Shown piece by piece: positions 33,366-44,075 of a stretch of 64,000 nucleotides of DNA; the first letter of the stretch is position 1; each line of letters starts with the position of its first letter. Source of the stretch: an uncultured Rhodospirillaceae bacterium (lineage in GTDB: Bacteria; Pseudomonadota; Alphaproteobacteria; GCA-2731375); contig CAZPWJ010000001.1 in NCBI GenBank assembly GCA_964590195.1, forward strand, positions 175,882 through 239,881, written 5' to 3'. Below the pieces are notes generated by a model. That model saw only the letters and a list, made by a program, of their open reading frames with translations, made no database searches and was not told the origin of the DNA. Both the position numbers and the translations under genes were made by a program.

Positions 33366-34769
33366 ATGACCGACGAGCTGCACTACCAAACCATCCAGGA
33401 ACTCTCCAGCCAAATAAAGTCCGGCGCTCTTTCGCCCGTCACTTTGACCGAGGCGTTACTGGCGCGCATTGAGGCGCATGATGGGCGCCTGAAATCCTAT
33501 GCCACGGTGATGGCAGAGAGCGCTTTGGCCGAGGCCCGGACGGCGGAAGCGGAGATTGCGGCGGGGCGCTATCTGGGTCCGCTGCACGGCATTCCCATCG
33601 CCGTGAAAGACCTTTGTTATACCAAGGGCGTCCGTACCATGGGCGGCTGTGCCGTGCTGGCGGATCATGTGCCTGATTTCGATGCCACGGTGGTGCGCCG
33701 CTTTCGCGAGGCCGGCGCGGTGCTGCTGGGCAAGCTTAACCTGACCGAAGGGGCCATGGCCGGCTATAACCCGGCCTTTGATGTGCCGGAAAACCCCTGG
33801 AAAGAGAGCCATTGGTCCGGTGCCTCGTCCTCTGGTTCGGGCGCCGCGACGGCGGCGGGCCTGGCCTTTGCCACCCTGGGCAGCGATACCGGCGGCTCCA
33901 TCCGCCACCCGGCCGCCGTCTGCGGCACCGTCGGCCTGAAACCGACCTGGGGCCGGGTCAGCCGCCACGGGGTGCTGGATCTGGCGCAATCCCTTGATCA
34001 CGTCGGCCCGCTGACACGCAGCAGCGCCGATGCCGGCATCGTCATGCAGGTGATTTCCGGGCAGGATCTGGACGATCCCACCACCCTGGTGGCCCCGGTT
34101 CCCGATATGCTGGCCGGCCTGGAGGCCGGCGCCAAGGGTTTGCGTATTGGCTGGGACGAACGCTATGCCAGCGAGGACATGGCGCCTGATTTTGCCGCCG
34201 CTATTGCTGCCTCGGTAGAGGTTATGGCCGGACTGGGGGCCGAGATCATCGAAGTCTCGATGCCGGAACAACTAAGAGAATACCTAGCGGGATGGGCGGT
34301 TCTGTGCACGGCGGAGGCGGCCGATGCCCACCGGGCGACCTATCCCGAGCGGGCCGCCGAATATGGCCCATGGTTTGGCGAATGGCTGGCCCGGGGCAAC
34401 GCCTTTTCCGCCGCCGACTATGCCCAGGCCAACAACCTGCGCGCCGCCTGTGTCGGCGCCCTGCGCCAGACCATGCGGGATATCGATCTGCTGGCCTGTC
34501 CCTCCACGGCGCGGGAGGCTTTTCCGGTTACGCCCGAGATTTCGTACGGGCCGATCCCCGAGCGCGACCCCTGGCAAACCCGCTTTACCGTACCCATGGA
34601 TTACGCCGGCCTGCCGACTATTTCATTGCCTTGCGGCCTGTCCGAACTGGGCCTGCCGCTGTCACTGCAATTCGTCGGCCATCCCCTGAGCGAACCATTG
34701 CTGGTCCAGGCGGGCGCCGCCTATGAAGGCGCCACGGAATGGCATCACATGCATCCGCCGGGCTGGTAG
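33366..34769 (+). CDS. Amidase-signature family enzyme
   Basis: IAVKD, GASSSGS, GSDTGGSIR, GLKPTWGRVS. Confidence 0.93.
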   Translation: MTDELHYQTIQELSSQIKSGALSPVTLTEALLARIEAHDGRLKSYATVMAESALAEARTAEAEIAAGRYLGPLHGIPIAVKDLCYTKGVRTMGGCAVLADHVPDFDATVVRRFREAGAVLLGKLNLTEGAMAGYNPAFDVPENPWKESHWSGASSSGSGAATAAGLAFATLGSDTGGSIRHPAAVCGTVGLKPTWGRVSRHGVLDLAQSLDHVGPLTRSSADAGIVMQVISGQDLDDPTTLVAPVPDMLAGLEAGAKGLRIGWDERYASEDMAPDFAAAIAASVEVMAGLGAEIIEVSMPEQLREYLAGWAVLCTAEAADAHRATYPERAAEYGPWFGEWLARGNAFSAADYAQANNLRAACVGALRQTMRDIDLLACPSTAREAFPVTPEISYGPIPERDPWQTRFTVPMDYAGLPTISLPCGLSELGLPLSLQFVGHPLSEPLLVQAGAAYEGATEWHHMHPPGW

Positions 34770-34772
34770 CTT

Positions 34773-35993
34773 TTAGTCGATCAGAGCTTGGTAGGTCAGA
34801 ACCCGCAGTTCCCGGCGCAGGGGATAGGTTGACGAGGGCATCAGCTGGGTCAGGAAAATCACGCTCATGTCCTCTTCCGGATCGATCCAGAAGGCGGTGC
34901 TGGCCGCCCCGCCCCAGGCATGTTCGCCCGCCGAGCCGATGACCTGCGCCTTGGCCGGGTCCAGCATGACGGAAAAGCCCGGGCCGAAACCGATCCCGTC
35001 ATAGGAGGTTTCCGAATGTACCGGCTGGCCCATGGAGGTCAGGTCGCCATTGTCGGGTAGATGGTTCGCCGTCATGTATTCAACCGTCTTGCGGCCCAAC
35101 AGGCGCACGCCGTCCAGTTCACCCTTGCCGCGCAGCATCTGGGTGAAGCGGTGATAGTCGCCCGCCGTCGAGGTCAGGCCGCCGCCGCCTGAAAACAGCG
35201 TCACGTTGCGGAAGTCGCTGTCCTGGGGCGCGTCGGACAACGCCAGGCCGTCGCCCGCCGTATGCTCGTAGTTGGCGGCGAAGCGGTCCTGCTTCTCGGG
35301 CGCGATGGCGAACGAGGTATCCACCATGCCCAGGGGGTCCAGAATGTGCTGTTGAAAATAGACATCCAGGGCCTGGCCTGAAATCACCTCCGTCAGGCGG
35401 CCCAGCAGATCCGTGGACGTTGAATAATTCCATTCCGTGCCCGGATGGCAGAGCAGCGGTTGATCGGCCAGTTTGCGGGCGGTCTCCGCCAGATTGCCAT
35501 GGCGGTCGGCGAAATTGACGCCGTTGGCGCGATAGGCCGCCTCGACCGGTGTCTCGCCTCTGTTGCCGTAGGTCAGGCCGGCGGTATGGGTCAGCAGATG
35601 GCGGAAAGTGATTTGCTGCTTTGCCGGCTCATACACGGCATCATCGCCCTGGCCCGAGACATAGACCTGCATCTCGGCGAATTCCGGCAGATAACGGGCG
35701 ATGGGATCATCCAGTTGAAACAATCCCTGTTCGTACAGCATCATGATGCCGACGGAGGTTATGGGCTTGGTCATGGAGTAGATGCGGAAGATGCTGTCTT
35801 CCTCCACCGCCAGGCCGGCCTCCAGATCCCGTTGGCCACGGGTCAGGCAATAGGCCACCTGACCACGTCGGGCCACCAGCACCAGGGCGCCGGGCAGCTT
35901 GCCGGCATCGATATAGCCGTCGATCCAGGGGCCGATGCGGTCCAGACGGTCGCTGGACAGGCCCACATCTTCGGGTTTGGCGGTGACAAGCAT
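34773..35993 (-). CDS. Serine hydrolase, beta-lactamase/esterase family VIII
   Basis: FRIYSMTK (SxxK), LLTHTAG, WNYS, WGGAAST. Confidence 0.92.
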   Translation of the reverse strand: MLVTAKPEDVGLSSDRLDRIGPWIDGYIDAGKLPGALVLVARRGQVAYCLTRGQRDLEAGLAVEEDSIFRIYSMTKPITSVGIMMLYEQGLFQLDDPIARYLPEFAEMQVYVSGQGDDAVYEPAKQQITFRHLLTHTAGLTYGNRGETPVEAAYRANGVNFADRHGNLAETARKLADQPLLCHPGTEWNYSTSTDLLGRLTEVISGQALDVYFQQHILDPLGMVDTSFAIAPEKQDRFAANYEHTAGDGLALSDAPQDSDFRNVTLFSGGGGLTSTAGDYHRFTQMLRGKGELDGVRLLGRKTVEYMTANHLPDNGDLTSMGQPVHSETSYDGIGFGPGFSVMLDPAKAQVIGSAGEHAWGGAASTAFWIDPEEDMSVIFLTQLMPSSTYPLRRELRVLTYQALID

Positions 35994-36018
35994 GCGCAAG
36001 TTCCTTCTATGGATCCTT

Positions 36019-36750
36019 CTACAGGGTGCAGTAGCCGCCATCGACGGGGATGGTGACGCCGGTGATAAAGCCGGCGGCGTCGGACGAAGCCAGGAACAGG
36101 GCGGTGCCGATCATCTCGTCGGGTTCGCCCCAGCGGCCCATGGGCGTACGCTGCAGGATGGGGTCGGCGATTTCCGACATATCCTGGATCGGCGCCGTCA
36201 GCTTGGTGGAGATCCAGCCCGGCGCGATGGCATTGACGCGGACGCCATCGGCGGCCCATCGCGCGCCCAGGCTCATGGTCATTTGCAGGATGGCCGATTT
36301 CGAAGCGCCATAGCCCGGCCCCCGCGGCGAGCCGAAATATGAGGTCATGGACGCGATGTTGATGATCGAGCCTCCCGACGCCTTCAACAGCGGCTGCAAA
36401 CGGTGCGAGAGGCGATAGACCGAATTCAAATTGATATCGATGGTCGCCTCGAAATTATCCGGCTCCAGGGCCGCATCGCCCCGAAACGTCGTGCCGGCAT
36501 TGTTGACCAGTACGTCCAGCTGCTGGATGCCCTCCGCCAAAGCCTCGACCGCCGCGACATCCAGCATGTTGACCTGATGATAGGTGAAGGACGACAGATC
36601 ATCGGGATAATCGCCGATCCCGTCCCTGGTGCCGGTAATGGTCACCTGGGCGCCGGCATCCCGGAATCCCCGGGCGATCGACAGGCCGATGCCGCTGGAG
36701 CCGCCCGTGACCAAAACCGTCTTATCGGAAAAATCAAAACTCGCACTCAT
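36019..36750 (-). CDS. SDR family oxidoreductase
   Basis: TGGSSGIG, NNAG, YGASK, VDGG. Confidence 0.93.
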   Translation of the reverse strand: MSASFDFSDKTVLVTGGSSGIGLSIARGFRDAGAQVTITGTRDGIGDYPDDLSSFTYHQVNMLDVAAVEALAEGIQQLDVLVNNAGTTFRGDAALEPDNFEATIDINLNSVYRLSHRLQPLLKASGGSIINIASMTSYFGSPRGPGYGASKSAILQMTMSLGARWAADGVRVNAIAPGWISTKLTAPIQDMSEIADPILQRTPMGRWGEPDEMIGTALFLASSDAAGFITGVTIPVDGGYCTL

Positions 36751-36863
36751 GCCCACCACTCCATTCCTGCTGTTGAGGCTTAGACCTGCAGATGCAGGCC
36801 ATGAAAAATTTTCGTTCATGCCCTCGATATCATCGGCAGGCGTGATCATCAAATGTCAGGACA

Positions 36864-39227
36864 CTAACCGCACTTGGAATAGCCGCAGGAGACGCAGGTT
36901 TCGCAGCCTTCCTGGCGGATCAGGCCCGGCGTGCCGCATTTGGGGCAGCCGCGCAATAGGGGCGCATCACCGCCAACCGCATCACCGCCGTCGGCCTGAA
37001 CCTGCCCCGCCGCGGGCAGGGCGATCACGGCTTCTTCCGCATCCGGGCCGGCGCCGGGGGCGGCATTGGGGTTGGCGATGAAGCCGATGGCGATCATGTG
37101 CCGTTCGATGATTTCACCAATCGCGGCCAGCAGGGAGGGAATATAGCGGCCCTCGACCCAATAGCCGCCGCGCGGATCAAACACAGCCTTTAATTCCTCG
37201 ACAACGAAGGAGACATCGCCGCCCCGGCGGAAGACGGCCGAGATCATCCGCGTCAGGGCCACGGTCCAGGCGAAATGATCGACGTTCTTGGAGTTGATGA
37301 AGACCTCGAAGGGGCAGCGGCGGCCATCCTGGATGATGTCGTTGACGGTGATATAGATGCTGTGATCGCTTTCCGGCCAGTTGATCTTGTAGGTCTGGCC
37401 GGGCAGGGCGCCGGGGCGGTCCAGGGGCTGGGTCATATAGACCACGGCGCCCGCGTCCAGTTCATCCCGCGGTTTGGCCTCTGGCTGGACCAGGGGCAGT
37501 TCCGGTTCCGCCGGCAACACCGGTTTGGCCGTTTCGTTGGCCTCCAGCACCGCGCCGGTGACCTCGTTTGGCCTATACGTGGTGCAGCCCTTGCAGCCCT
37601 GATCATAGGCCTGCATGTAGACATCCTTGAAGGCCTCGAAGGAAATATCCTCGGGCAAATTAATGGTCTTCGAGATTGAGGCATCGACATATTTCTGTAC
37701 CGCCGCCTGCATGGCCACGTGATCGGACGGCGCCAGGGCGGTGGCGGTGACGAAATAATCCGGCAGTTGCGCCGCCTCGCCGAACTGGGCCCGGAATTGC
37801 CGATAGGCATAGTCGGAGACCGTTTCCTCCCGCCGGCCGCCGTCGGGCATGGTGACATGGCGGCGGTAGGTAAAGGCGAACACGGGTTCCAATCCGGAAG
37901 AAATATTGTCGGCGAATATCGAAATGGTGCCGGTCGGCGCGATGGAGGTCAAAAGCGCGTTGCGGACGCCATGTTCGGCGATGGCCGCGCGTACCTCGTC
38001 ATCCAGTTCCATGACGCTGTCGCCGGCCAGATAGGCCTCCGCCTCGAACAGGGGGAAGGCGCCTTTTTCCCGGGCCAGTTCCACGCTGGCCATATAGGCC
38101 GCCCGGCGTACTTCGGCCAGCCAGGTTTCGGTCAGCGCCACCGCCTGGGCCGAGCCGTAACGCACCTTGCAAAAAATCAAGGCATCCGCCAGGCCGGTCA
38201 CGCCAAGACCAATGCGCCGCTTGGCCCGCGCCTCCGCCGCCTGCTCCGGCAAGGGGAATTTGGAGATATCGATGGCATTGTCCAGCATGCGGACCGAGAT
38301 TCGCACCAGACGGCGCAGGGCGTCCATGTCCAGTTCGGCATCCGGGCCAAAGGGATCGCGCACCAAACGGGCCAGATTGACCGAGCCCAGCAAACAGGCG
38401 CCATAGGGCGGCAATGGCTGCTCACCGCATGGATTGGTGGAATTGATTTGTTCGCAATAGGCCAGATTATTGCGCTTGTTTATGCGGTCGATGAAGATCA
38501 CGCCGGGTTCGGCGTAGGCATAAGTGGCCCGCATGATGCAGTCCCACAGCTCCCGCGCTTCGACGGTTTTATAATTGCGCCCGCCAAAGGTCAGTTCCCA
38601 AGGGCCGTTTTCCTTCACCGCCGTCATGAAATCATCTGTCACCAGAACCGACAGATTGAACATGCGCAGGCGGCCGGGATCCTGTTTGGCCTCGATAAAA
38701 GCCTCGATATCGGGATGATCACAGCGCAGGGTCGCCATCATCGCACCCCGGCGGTGGCCGGCGGACATGATGGTCCGGCACATGGCATCCCAGACATCCA
38801 TGAAGGTCAACGGCCCGGAGGCATCCGCCCCCACCCCCTGGACCGGCGCGCCGTTGGGCCTCAGGGTCGAGAAATCATAGCCGATGCCGCCGCCCTGTTG
38901 CATGGTCAGGGCGGCCTCGCGCAGATTTTCGAAAATTCCGGACATATCATCCGGAATTGTTCCCATAACGAAACAATTAAACAGGGTGACATTCCGTGCC
39001 GACCCCGCACCCGCAAGGATGCGCCCGGCGGGCAGAAACTTGAAATCGTCCAGGGCCTCGAAAAAGGGGCCATGCCATTGTTCGGGTTGCTTTTCCGCCG
39101 CCGCCAGGGCGCCCGCGACCCTGGCCCAGCTATCCTCGATGGTGTCGTCCAGCGACTGGCCGTCAGCGCCCTTGAGGCGGTATTTTATGTCCCAGATCTG
39201 TTGGGATATTGGTGCGACGGTTGGCAT
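36864..39227 (-). CDS. nrdJ: Adenosylcobalamin-dependent (class II) ribonucleotide reductase with C-terminal Zn ribbon
   Basis: LFNCFV, GGGIG, TNPCGEQPL, IAPTGTIS, KGCTTYR, C-terminal CPKC...CVSCG; no nrdB nearby. Confidence 0.93.
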   Translation of the reverse strand: MPTVAPISQQIWDIKYRLKGADGQSLDDTIEDSWARVAGALAAAEKQPEQWHGPFFEALDDFKFLPAGRILAGAGSARNVTLFNCFVMGTIPDDMSGIFENLREAALTMQQGGGIGYDFSTLRPNGAPVQGVGADASGPLTFMDVWDAMCRTIMSAGHRRGAMMATLRCDHPDIEAFIEAKQDPGRLRMFNLSVLVTDDFMTAVKENGPWELTFGGRNYKTVEARELWDCIMRATYAYAEPGVIFIDRINKRNNLAYCEQINSTNPCGEQPLPPYGACLLGSVNLARLVRDPFGPDAELDMDALRRLVRISVRMLDNAIDISKFPLPEQAAEARAKRRIGLGVTGLADALIFCKVRYGSAQAVALTETWLAEVRRAAYMASVELAREKGAFPLFEAEAYLAGDSVMELDDEVRAAIAEHGVRNALLTSIAPTGTISIFADNISSGLEPVFAFTYRRHVTMPDGGRREETVSDYAYRQFRAQFGEAAQLPDYFVTATALAPSDHVAMQAAVQKYVDASISKTINLPEDISFEAFKDVYMQAYDQGCKGCTTYRPNEVTGAVLEANETAKPVLPAEPELPLVQPEAKPRDELDAGAVVYMTQPLDRPGALPGQTYKINWPESDHSIYITVNDIIQDGRRCPFEVFINSKNVDHFAWTVALTRMISAVFRRGGDVSFVVEELKAVFDPRGGYWVEGRYIPSLLAAIGEIIERHMIAIGFIANPNAAPGAGPDAEEAVIALPAAGQVQADGGDAVGGDAPLLRGCPKCGTPGLIRQEGCETCVSCGYSKCG

Positions 39228-39263
39228 GCAAACCTCTCGGTCAGGGCCTCGAACAATAGCAAT

Positions 39264-39278
39264 GTTCTCGTTATGTAC
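39264..39278. promoter_or_regulatory. Candidate alphaproteobacterial LexA (SOS) box upstream of nrdJ
   Basis: GTTC-TCGTTAT-GTAC, one mismatch from GTTC-N7-GTTC, 37-51 nt upstream of the nrdJ ATG. Confidence 0.55.
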
Positions 39279-39314
39279 TATACCAAAAGCAATGCGCGAA
39301 AGAAAGAGAGTCCT

Positions 39315-40043
39315 TTATTTGATAGCGGCCTCCGCTTCAAGGGCTAAGTTCGCGGATTCAACCCGTTCCTGCAACAGTGCGTCAAATTCCTTGCGCGGCA
39401 AGCCCGGCGGGATCGGTTCGAGAAACTGCAACACGATGGTACCGGACTGGCGCAGCAGTTGCCGCCGCGGCCAGAACAGGCCGGAATTCAGGGCCACGGG
39501 CACCACCGGCACATCCAGCCCCCGGTACAGAGCCGAGACACCGGGCTGATAGGGCATATCGATGGTGCTGACGCCGGGCGCCGTGCGCGTACCCTGGGGA
39601 AAAATAACGATGGCGCGGCCCAGTTCGGCTGCTTCCTTTGCATCCGTCAGCATTGCGCGCAGGGCTTTCGCGCCCGCCTTGCGGTCAACGGCGATCATCC
39701 GGGTCTTGCGGCACATCCAGCCATAGATGGGAATGGACAGCAGTTCTTTTTTCAAGACCATGGCCGGGTCGTCCAGGATGACATGCCAGATCAAGGTGTC
39801 CCAGGCCGATTGGTGCTTGGAAGCGATAATGGCGCCGCCCTGGGGGCGGTGTTGCAAACCCCGGATTTCCACCTTGATGCCAGCGCTCCAGCGCAGCAGG
39901 AGATTGACGCCGCTGGCCCAGCGCCGCTGGCCCCAGACCGTTACCTGATAGGGCAACAGCAGGCCCGGCGAAAAGCACAAGACCATCGCCGTGGTCCAGG
40001 TGTAGAACAGAATATTGAATAGATTGGATCGAACCGCCCGCAT
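39315..40043 (-). CDS. plsC: 1-acyl-sn-glycerol-3-phosphate acyltransferase
   Basis: KHQSAWD (HX4D), FPQGTR. Confidence 0.88.
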   Translation of the reverse strand: MRAVRSNLFNILFYTWTTAMVLCFSPGLLLPYQVTVWGQRRWASGVNLLLRWSAGIKVEIRGLQHRPQGGAIIASKHQSAWDTLIWHVILDDPAMVLKKELLSIPIYGWMCRKTRMIAVDRKAGAKALRAMLTDAKEAAELGRAIVIFPQGTRTAPGVSTIDMPYQPGVSALYRGLDVPVVPVALNSGLFWPRRQLLRQSGTIVLQFLEPIPPGLPRKEFDALLQERVESANLALEAEAAIK

Positions 40044-40053
40044 TATTTTTTTC

Positions 40054-40653
40054 CTATTCCGACGGACCGGTCAGGCGGACCCTGAGCAGAGAGATCAGAT
40101 ATTTGCTGTATTCCACGGCCAACAGTTTCATGGTGCCGGGGTACAGCCACCAATCCGCCAGCTTCACTTGTTTTGGAAACACCGGGTTGGCATGCAAGGT
40201 GATATTCGGCATGGCCTGTTGGAACAGCAACAGGCTGCGCGGCATATGGTAGGAGGCGGTAACAAGATGCAAGCTTTGATAGCCATTACGCTCCATCCAT
40301 AACGCCGCCTCGATCGCATTGCCCCAGGTATCGCGCGCCTGATAGCCCAGATCAACGCAACAGCTGAACAAATCGCCCGCCGCGCTCTGGCTCGTCTGTA
40401 TTTCCGCCGCCGAGACGTCTTTCTGAACGCCTGAAATCAGCAATTTTTCGCCTTTTCGGTCGGCCAGCAGTTGTAAACCCACCTCCAGCCGCCCTCGCCC
40501 GCCGGTCAGCACAATAATCGCATCATTGGCACCAGATTGAGCCCTGGCGGAGGCTTGCCGGGGCAGCTCGGCCGCGTACAGCAGGAAGCCGCCCAGCCAC
40601 AGCAGCGCCATGGCGGCTAAACTCAACAGCACGCTCCGCGGCAACCACGTCAT
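40054..40653 (-). CDS. YdcF/DUF218 family protein
   Basis: IIVLTGG, LISG, TWGNAIE, VTASYHMPR; usual position after ftsX. Confidence 0.9.
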   Translation of the reverse strand: MTWLPRSVLLSLAAMALLWLGGFLLYAAELPRQASARAQSGANDAIIVLTGGRGRLEVGLQLLADRKGEKLLISGVQKDVSAAEIQTSQSAAGDLFSCCVDLGYQARDTWGNAIEAALWMERNGYQSLHLVTASYHMPRSLLLFQQAMPNITLHANPVFPKQVKLADWWLYPGTMKLLAVEYSKYLISLLRVRLTGPSE

Positions 40654-41564
40654 GGCAGCCGCGACAATTCGTAAAGCACGGTGCGCCGCGCCGTCATTGC
40701 CGTCAAACCCGCCGCCAGCAGGGGCAACGTGGCCAGGGCCAGCAGGGCGAATGGTGAAAGCGCCAGATCACCAAACAACGGCCCCTCCAGATCCGCCGCC
40801 AGGCGCGACAGGGCGAACAGGGCGGCAGCGGTTACCGCCAGTCCGATCAGGCCGCCTTTCAGGCCCATGGTCAGGGCGCGCCATTGAAACAGCCGTGCGA
40901 TGTAGCTATCCCGCGCCCCCATGACGTGAAGCAATTTGACCACTTCCAGATGCGCCGCGAAGGCGGCCCGGGTGCCAAAGATCACCACCGAACAGGTGGC
41001 AAAGCAGATCATCGCCAGACAGGCCGCCATCATCCATTGCAATGACTGGCTGAGGCGGATCAGTTTGCCCAGCCAAATCTGATGATCATCAATGCGGATG
41101 CCAGGGTCAATCCTAGCCAGCCGCTTGGCCAGTAAACCCAGATCCGCCGGCTCGTTCTCCGACAGGCGCACATCGATCAGTTGCGGCAGGGGCAAATTAC
41201 CTAGCAAACCGCCAAGCGAGCCGCCGGGACCGCTGTTGCCCAACCAGGGTTGCAGCAACTTGGCGATCTCCGCCGCCGCCAGGGGGCGCACTTCGGCGAT
41301 ACCGGCGGTGGCCCGCAGGGCGACCACCACGGCTGCCAGCACGTCGTTCATTGCGCTGCCGGCTTTGTCGCCCGCGTCCGCTTTCGGCGGCGGAATTTCA
41401 ATGGTGATGGTGTTGGCCAGGTCATGTTGCCAGCTGCCTGTCGCCTGGTGCAGGGCCAGGGCGGCGGCGCCGGCCAGGGCGGCGAAAAAAACCATCACCG
41501 CCACGACCCAGGGCAGAAAACGCCCGGCGCCTTCCGAATCAGGTATCAAATCCGGCATCGCCAT
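40650..41564 (-). CDS. ftsX: Cell division permease FtsX
   Basis: Four TM helices, LHVMGA, follows ftsE. Confidence 0.9.
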   Translation of the reverse strand: MAMPDLIPDSEGAGRFLPWVVAVMVFFAALAGAAALALHQATGSWQHDLANTITIEIPPPKADAGDKAGSAMNDVLAAVVVALRATAGIAEVRPLAAAEIAKLLQPWLGNSGPGGSLGGLLGNLPLPQLIDVRLSENEPADLGLLAKRLARIDPGIRIDDHQIWLGKLIRLSQSLQWMMAACLAMICFATCSVVIFGTRAAFAAHLEVVKLLHVMGARDSYIARLFQWRALTMGLKGGLIGLAVTAAALFALSRLAADLEGPLFGDLALSPFALLALATLPLLAAGLTAMTARRTVLYELSRLP

Positions 41565-41570
41565 CCCGGT

Positions 41571-42305
41571 TCAACCCGACTTGCGCCGAACGGTCGGAGC
41601 CTCGGCCGTCTTGGCCTTGGCCTGACTGGCGCCATTAGAAGTGGCGGCGATGCTGGGGTGCAGAATGCTATCGGTCAAGGTCAGCACCGGGTGGGAAAAC
41701 CGCCGGACCAGGGCGTCGTTATGGGTGGCGACGACCACGGCGGTGCCCGAGCGGTGCAGCTCCTCGAACAAGCGCACCAGACGGTAGGCAATGCGGTCGT
41801 CAACATTGCCCGTGGGTTCATCCGCCAGCAGCAGATTGGGTTTTGAGATCACCGCGCGGGCGATGGCCACCCGTTGCTGCTCGCCACCCGACAGGGTGTC
41901 CGGGTTGTCGTCCAGGCGGGCCCCAAGGCCGACCCAGTCAAGCAGCTCGGAAACATTGTTGCGGGTGCGTTTCTCGTCCTCGCCGGCCAGGCGCAGGGGC
42001 AGGGCAACATTGTCGAAAACACTGAGGTTCTGCAATAATCGGAAATCCTGGAATACCACGCCGATGCGCCGGCGCAGGGCGGGCAGGTCGCGGCGCCGGG
42101 CGGTGGAGATGTCCTGGCCAAAAACTTCCATCCTGCCCCGCGAGGGGAACAGCGCCAGATACATCAGTTTCAGCAACGAGGATTTTCCGGCGCCCGAGGC
42201 ACCGGTCAGAAAGTGAAAGCTGCCGGGCGCTATATGCAGGTTGATGTCACGCAGCACTTCCGGTCCAACGCCATAGCGGACACCAACATTTTCGAAGCGA
42301 ACCAT
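41571..42305 (-). CDS. ftsE: Cell division ATPase FtsE
   Basis: [33 protein letters not shown]. Confidence 0.95.
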   Translation of the reverse strand: MVRFENVGVRYGVGPEVLRDINLHIAPGSFHFLTGASGAGKSSLLKLMYLALFPSRGRMEVFGQDISTARRRDLPALRRRIGVVFQDFRLLQNLSVFDNVALPLRLAGEDEKRTRNNVSELLDWVGLGARLDDNPDTLSGGEQQRVAIARAVISKPNLLLADEPTGNVDDRIAYRLVRLFEELHRSGTAVVVATHNDALVRRFSHPVLTLTDSILHPSIAATSNGASQAKAKTAEAPTVRRKSG

Positions 42306-42578
42306 CCGATGCGCACCATCCGAAGCGTACTTTGGAAACGATAGCCTCTCATCACAGGCTTGCGCCAAGATGCCACGAGCCTGGGCCAGGGTCCAGCGCC
42401 GCAAGTCAATTCCATTGCAGCCCCAAATGATGCCGGCGAAAAAGAAACGCACCACTTCGCAGCCGATGCATTGCGCCGCCCGGCGAACACGGCTAACTTT
42501 TGCGCAGTGTGCGGTATGAATTTGCTTCGCCGGTTTAGAGTTCCTATATCGTTTTTATTTCGTTCATCGGTAGATTGC

Positions 42579-43430
42579 ATGATCCTTTCCTGCCCAGCGT
42601 GCGATACGCGCTTCAATGTCCCCGACAACGCCATTGGTGAGGCGGGCCGTATGGTGCGTTGCGCCAAGTGCGGCGACAGCTGGCATCAAATGCCAGTGAC
42701 GGAGGAAGTGATGCCGCCGGTGCTAGAGGCCGACCCACCCGCCGCCGATCCGACTGATGAAGCGGATTTCAGCGATTCGGCGGAAGATGCATTTGATGAT
42801 GCCCTTGAGGACGAGGCTGAAAATCCGGCTGAAGATGTTGGCGCCGTCGAGGCGGACGAAGACCTGGATGATGCCGATGCCTCGGATGCGGCGGCAGATG
42901 CGGCTGAAAAAGCGGCGTCCGATGACGAATCCGCCAAGAAGAAAGCGCGCCGGTCCCGTGCCAGGGCCGGTCAGCAGGCGCGGGAGGGCAAGGGGAAACG
43001 CGGTTTGGTTGGCTGGCTGGTTCTGTTCCTGGTGCTGGCCGGCGTGGGCAGCGGCGGGGTTTTCCTGCAGCAAAACATCGTTGCGCTCTGGCCCCCCGCC
43101 GAACAGCTTTACAACATGCTCGGAGTGGGTCCGGGGCCTGAAGAATTCAGCCTGGCGATCCAGAACGTAAAATGGGAACGCAAACGGGAAAAGGGCAAGC
43201 CGATCCTGGTTGTGCTGGGCGAGATCATCAACACTTCGGACAAGCCAAAGTCCGTGCCGCGCCTGCGCGTGATTATCCGGGACGAAAAGGACCGGCGGCT
43301 GTTCCGTTGGACAGTGACCACGGCTAAGGATCAGTTGGAACCGGGTCAAGTCACCACATTCTCCACCCGTCTGGCCGATCCCCCGGACGGTGCCCGCAGC
43401 CTGGCCGTCACATTTCTGATGCAGCCGTGA
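42579..43430 (+). CDS. zitP: Zinc-ribbon (MJ0042) / DUF3426 membrane protein, ZitP-like
   Basis: CPAC...VRCAKCGDSW, acidic linker, TM helix, periplasmic domain; divergent from ftsE as in Caulobacter. Confidence 0.75.
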   Translation: MILSCPACDTRFNVPDNAIGEAGRMVRCAKCGDSWHQMPVTEEVMPPVLEADPPAADPTDEADFSDSAEDAFDDALEDEAENPAEDVGAVEADEDLDDADASDAAADAAEKAASDDESAKKKARRSRARAGQQAREGKGKRGLVGWLVLFLVLAGVGSGGVFLQQNIVALWPPAEQLYNMLGVGPGPEEFSLAIQNVKWERKREKGKPILVVLGEIINTSDKPKSVPRLRVIIRDEKDRRLFRWTVTTAKDQLEPGQVTTFSTRLADPPDGARSLAVTFLMQP

Positions 43431-44053
43431 GCCGTTCGGAGATAACGTTCTTGGACAACGAGTTCTTGTGCAACAGGGGGCAAAACGGCATGGAAGGGGC
43501 AGGGGGGCGGCAGCACGAGGGGCAATTGGGCGCGGTGGATATGATGTATTCCGCGGCAGAGATCGGCGCCCGTGTCGGTGCATTGGCGGCTGATATCGCC
43601 GATGTCATGGGCCCCGATATCATGGTGGTGGCGGTATTGAAGGGCAGTTTCGTCTTTACCGCCGATCTGCTGCGTGCCTTGCATTACCATGGCGTGCATC
43701 CCCGAATCGATTTCATGACCTTATCCAGCTACGGAACCGGCACCGAGAGCAGCGGCGAAGTGGTCATTACCCGGGATATTACGGATGATGTCCGCGGGGC
43801 CAAGATTCTACTGATCGACGATATCCTGGAATCGGGCCGTACCCTGGCTTTCGCCCGTGCCCTGCTGCAGGAGCGGGGGGCCGAGACTGTGCGCCTGTGC
43901 GTCCTGCTGGATAAGCCCGAGAAACGCAAAACCAAACTAAATGCCGACTATGTCGGGTTCTCTATTGGCGATGCATTCGTCGTTGGTTATGGTCTGGACT
44001 ACGCTCATTATTACCGCGAATTACCATTTATTGGAACAATCTCGACTGGTTGA
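43427..44053 (+). CDS. hpt: Hypoxanthine phosphoribosyltransferase (true start may be downstream)
   Basis: VLKGSFVF, SSYG, LIDDILESGRT, FVVGYGLD. Confidence 0.93.
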   Translation: MSRSEITFLDNEFLCNRGQNGMEGAGGRQHEGQLGAVDMMYSAAEIGARVGALAADIADVMGPDIMVVAVLKGSFVFTADLLRALHYHGVHPRIDFMTLSSYGTGTESSGEVVITRDITDDVRGAKILLIDDILESGRTLAFARALLQERGAETVRLCVLLDKPEKRKTKLNADYVGFSIGDAFVVGYGLDYAHYYRELPFIGTISTG

Positions 44054-44075
44054 GAGAAATTAACGGAAAAATGCA

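Noticed and set aside
37719-39347. 542-aa + strand ORF
   Set aside because: Antisense shadow of nrdJ with no recognisable domain
42720-42940. Repetitive GAT/GAC/GCG-rich stretch
   Set aside because: Encodes the acidic disordered linker of the ZitP-like protein; not a DNA repeat array
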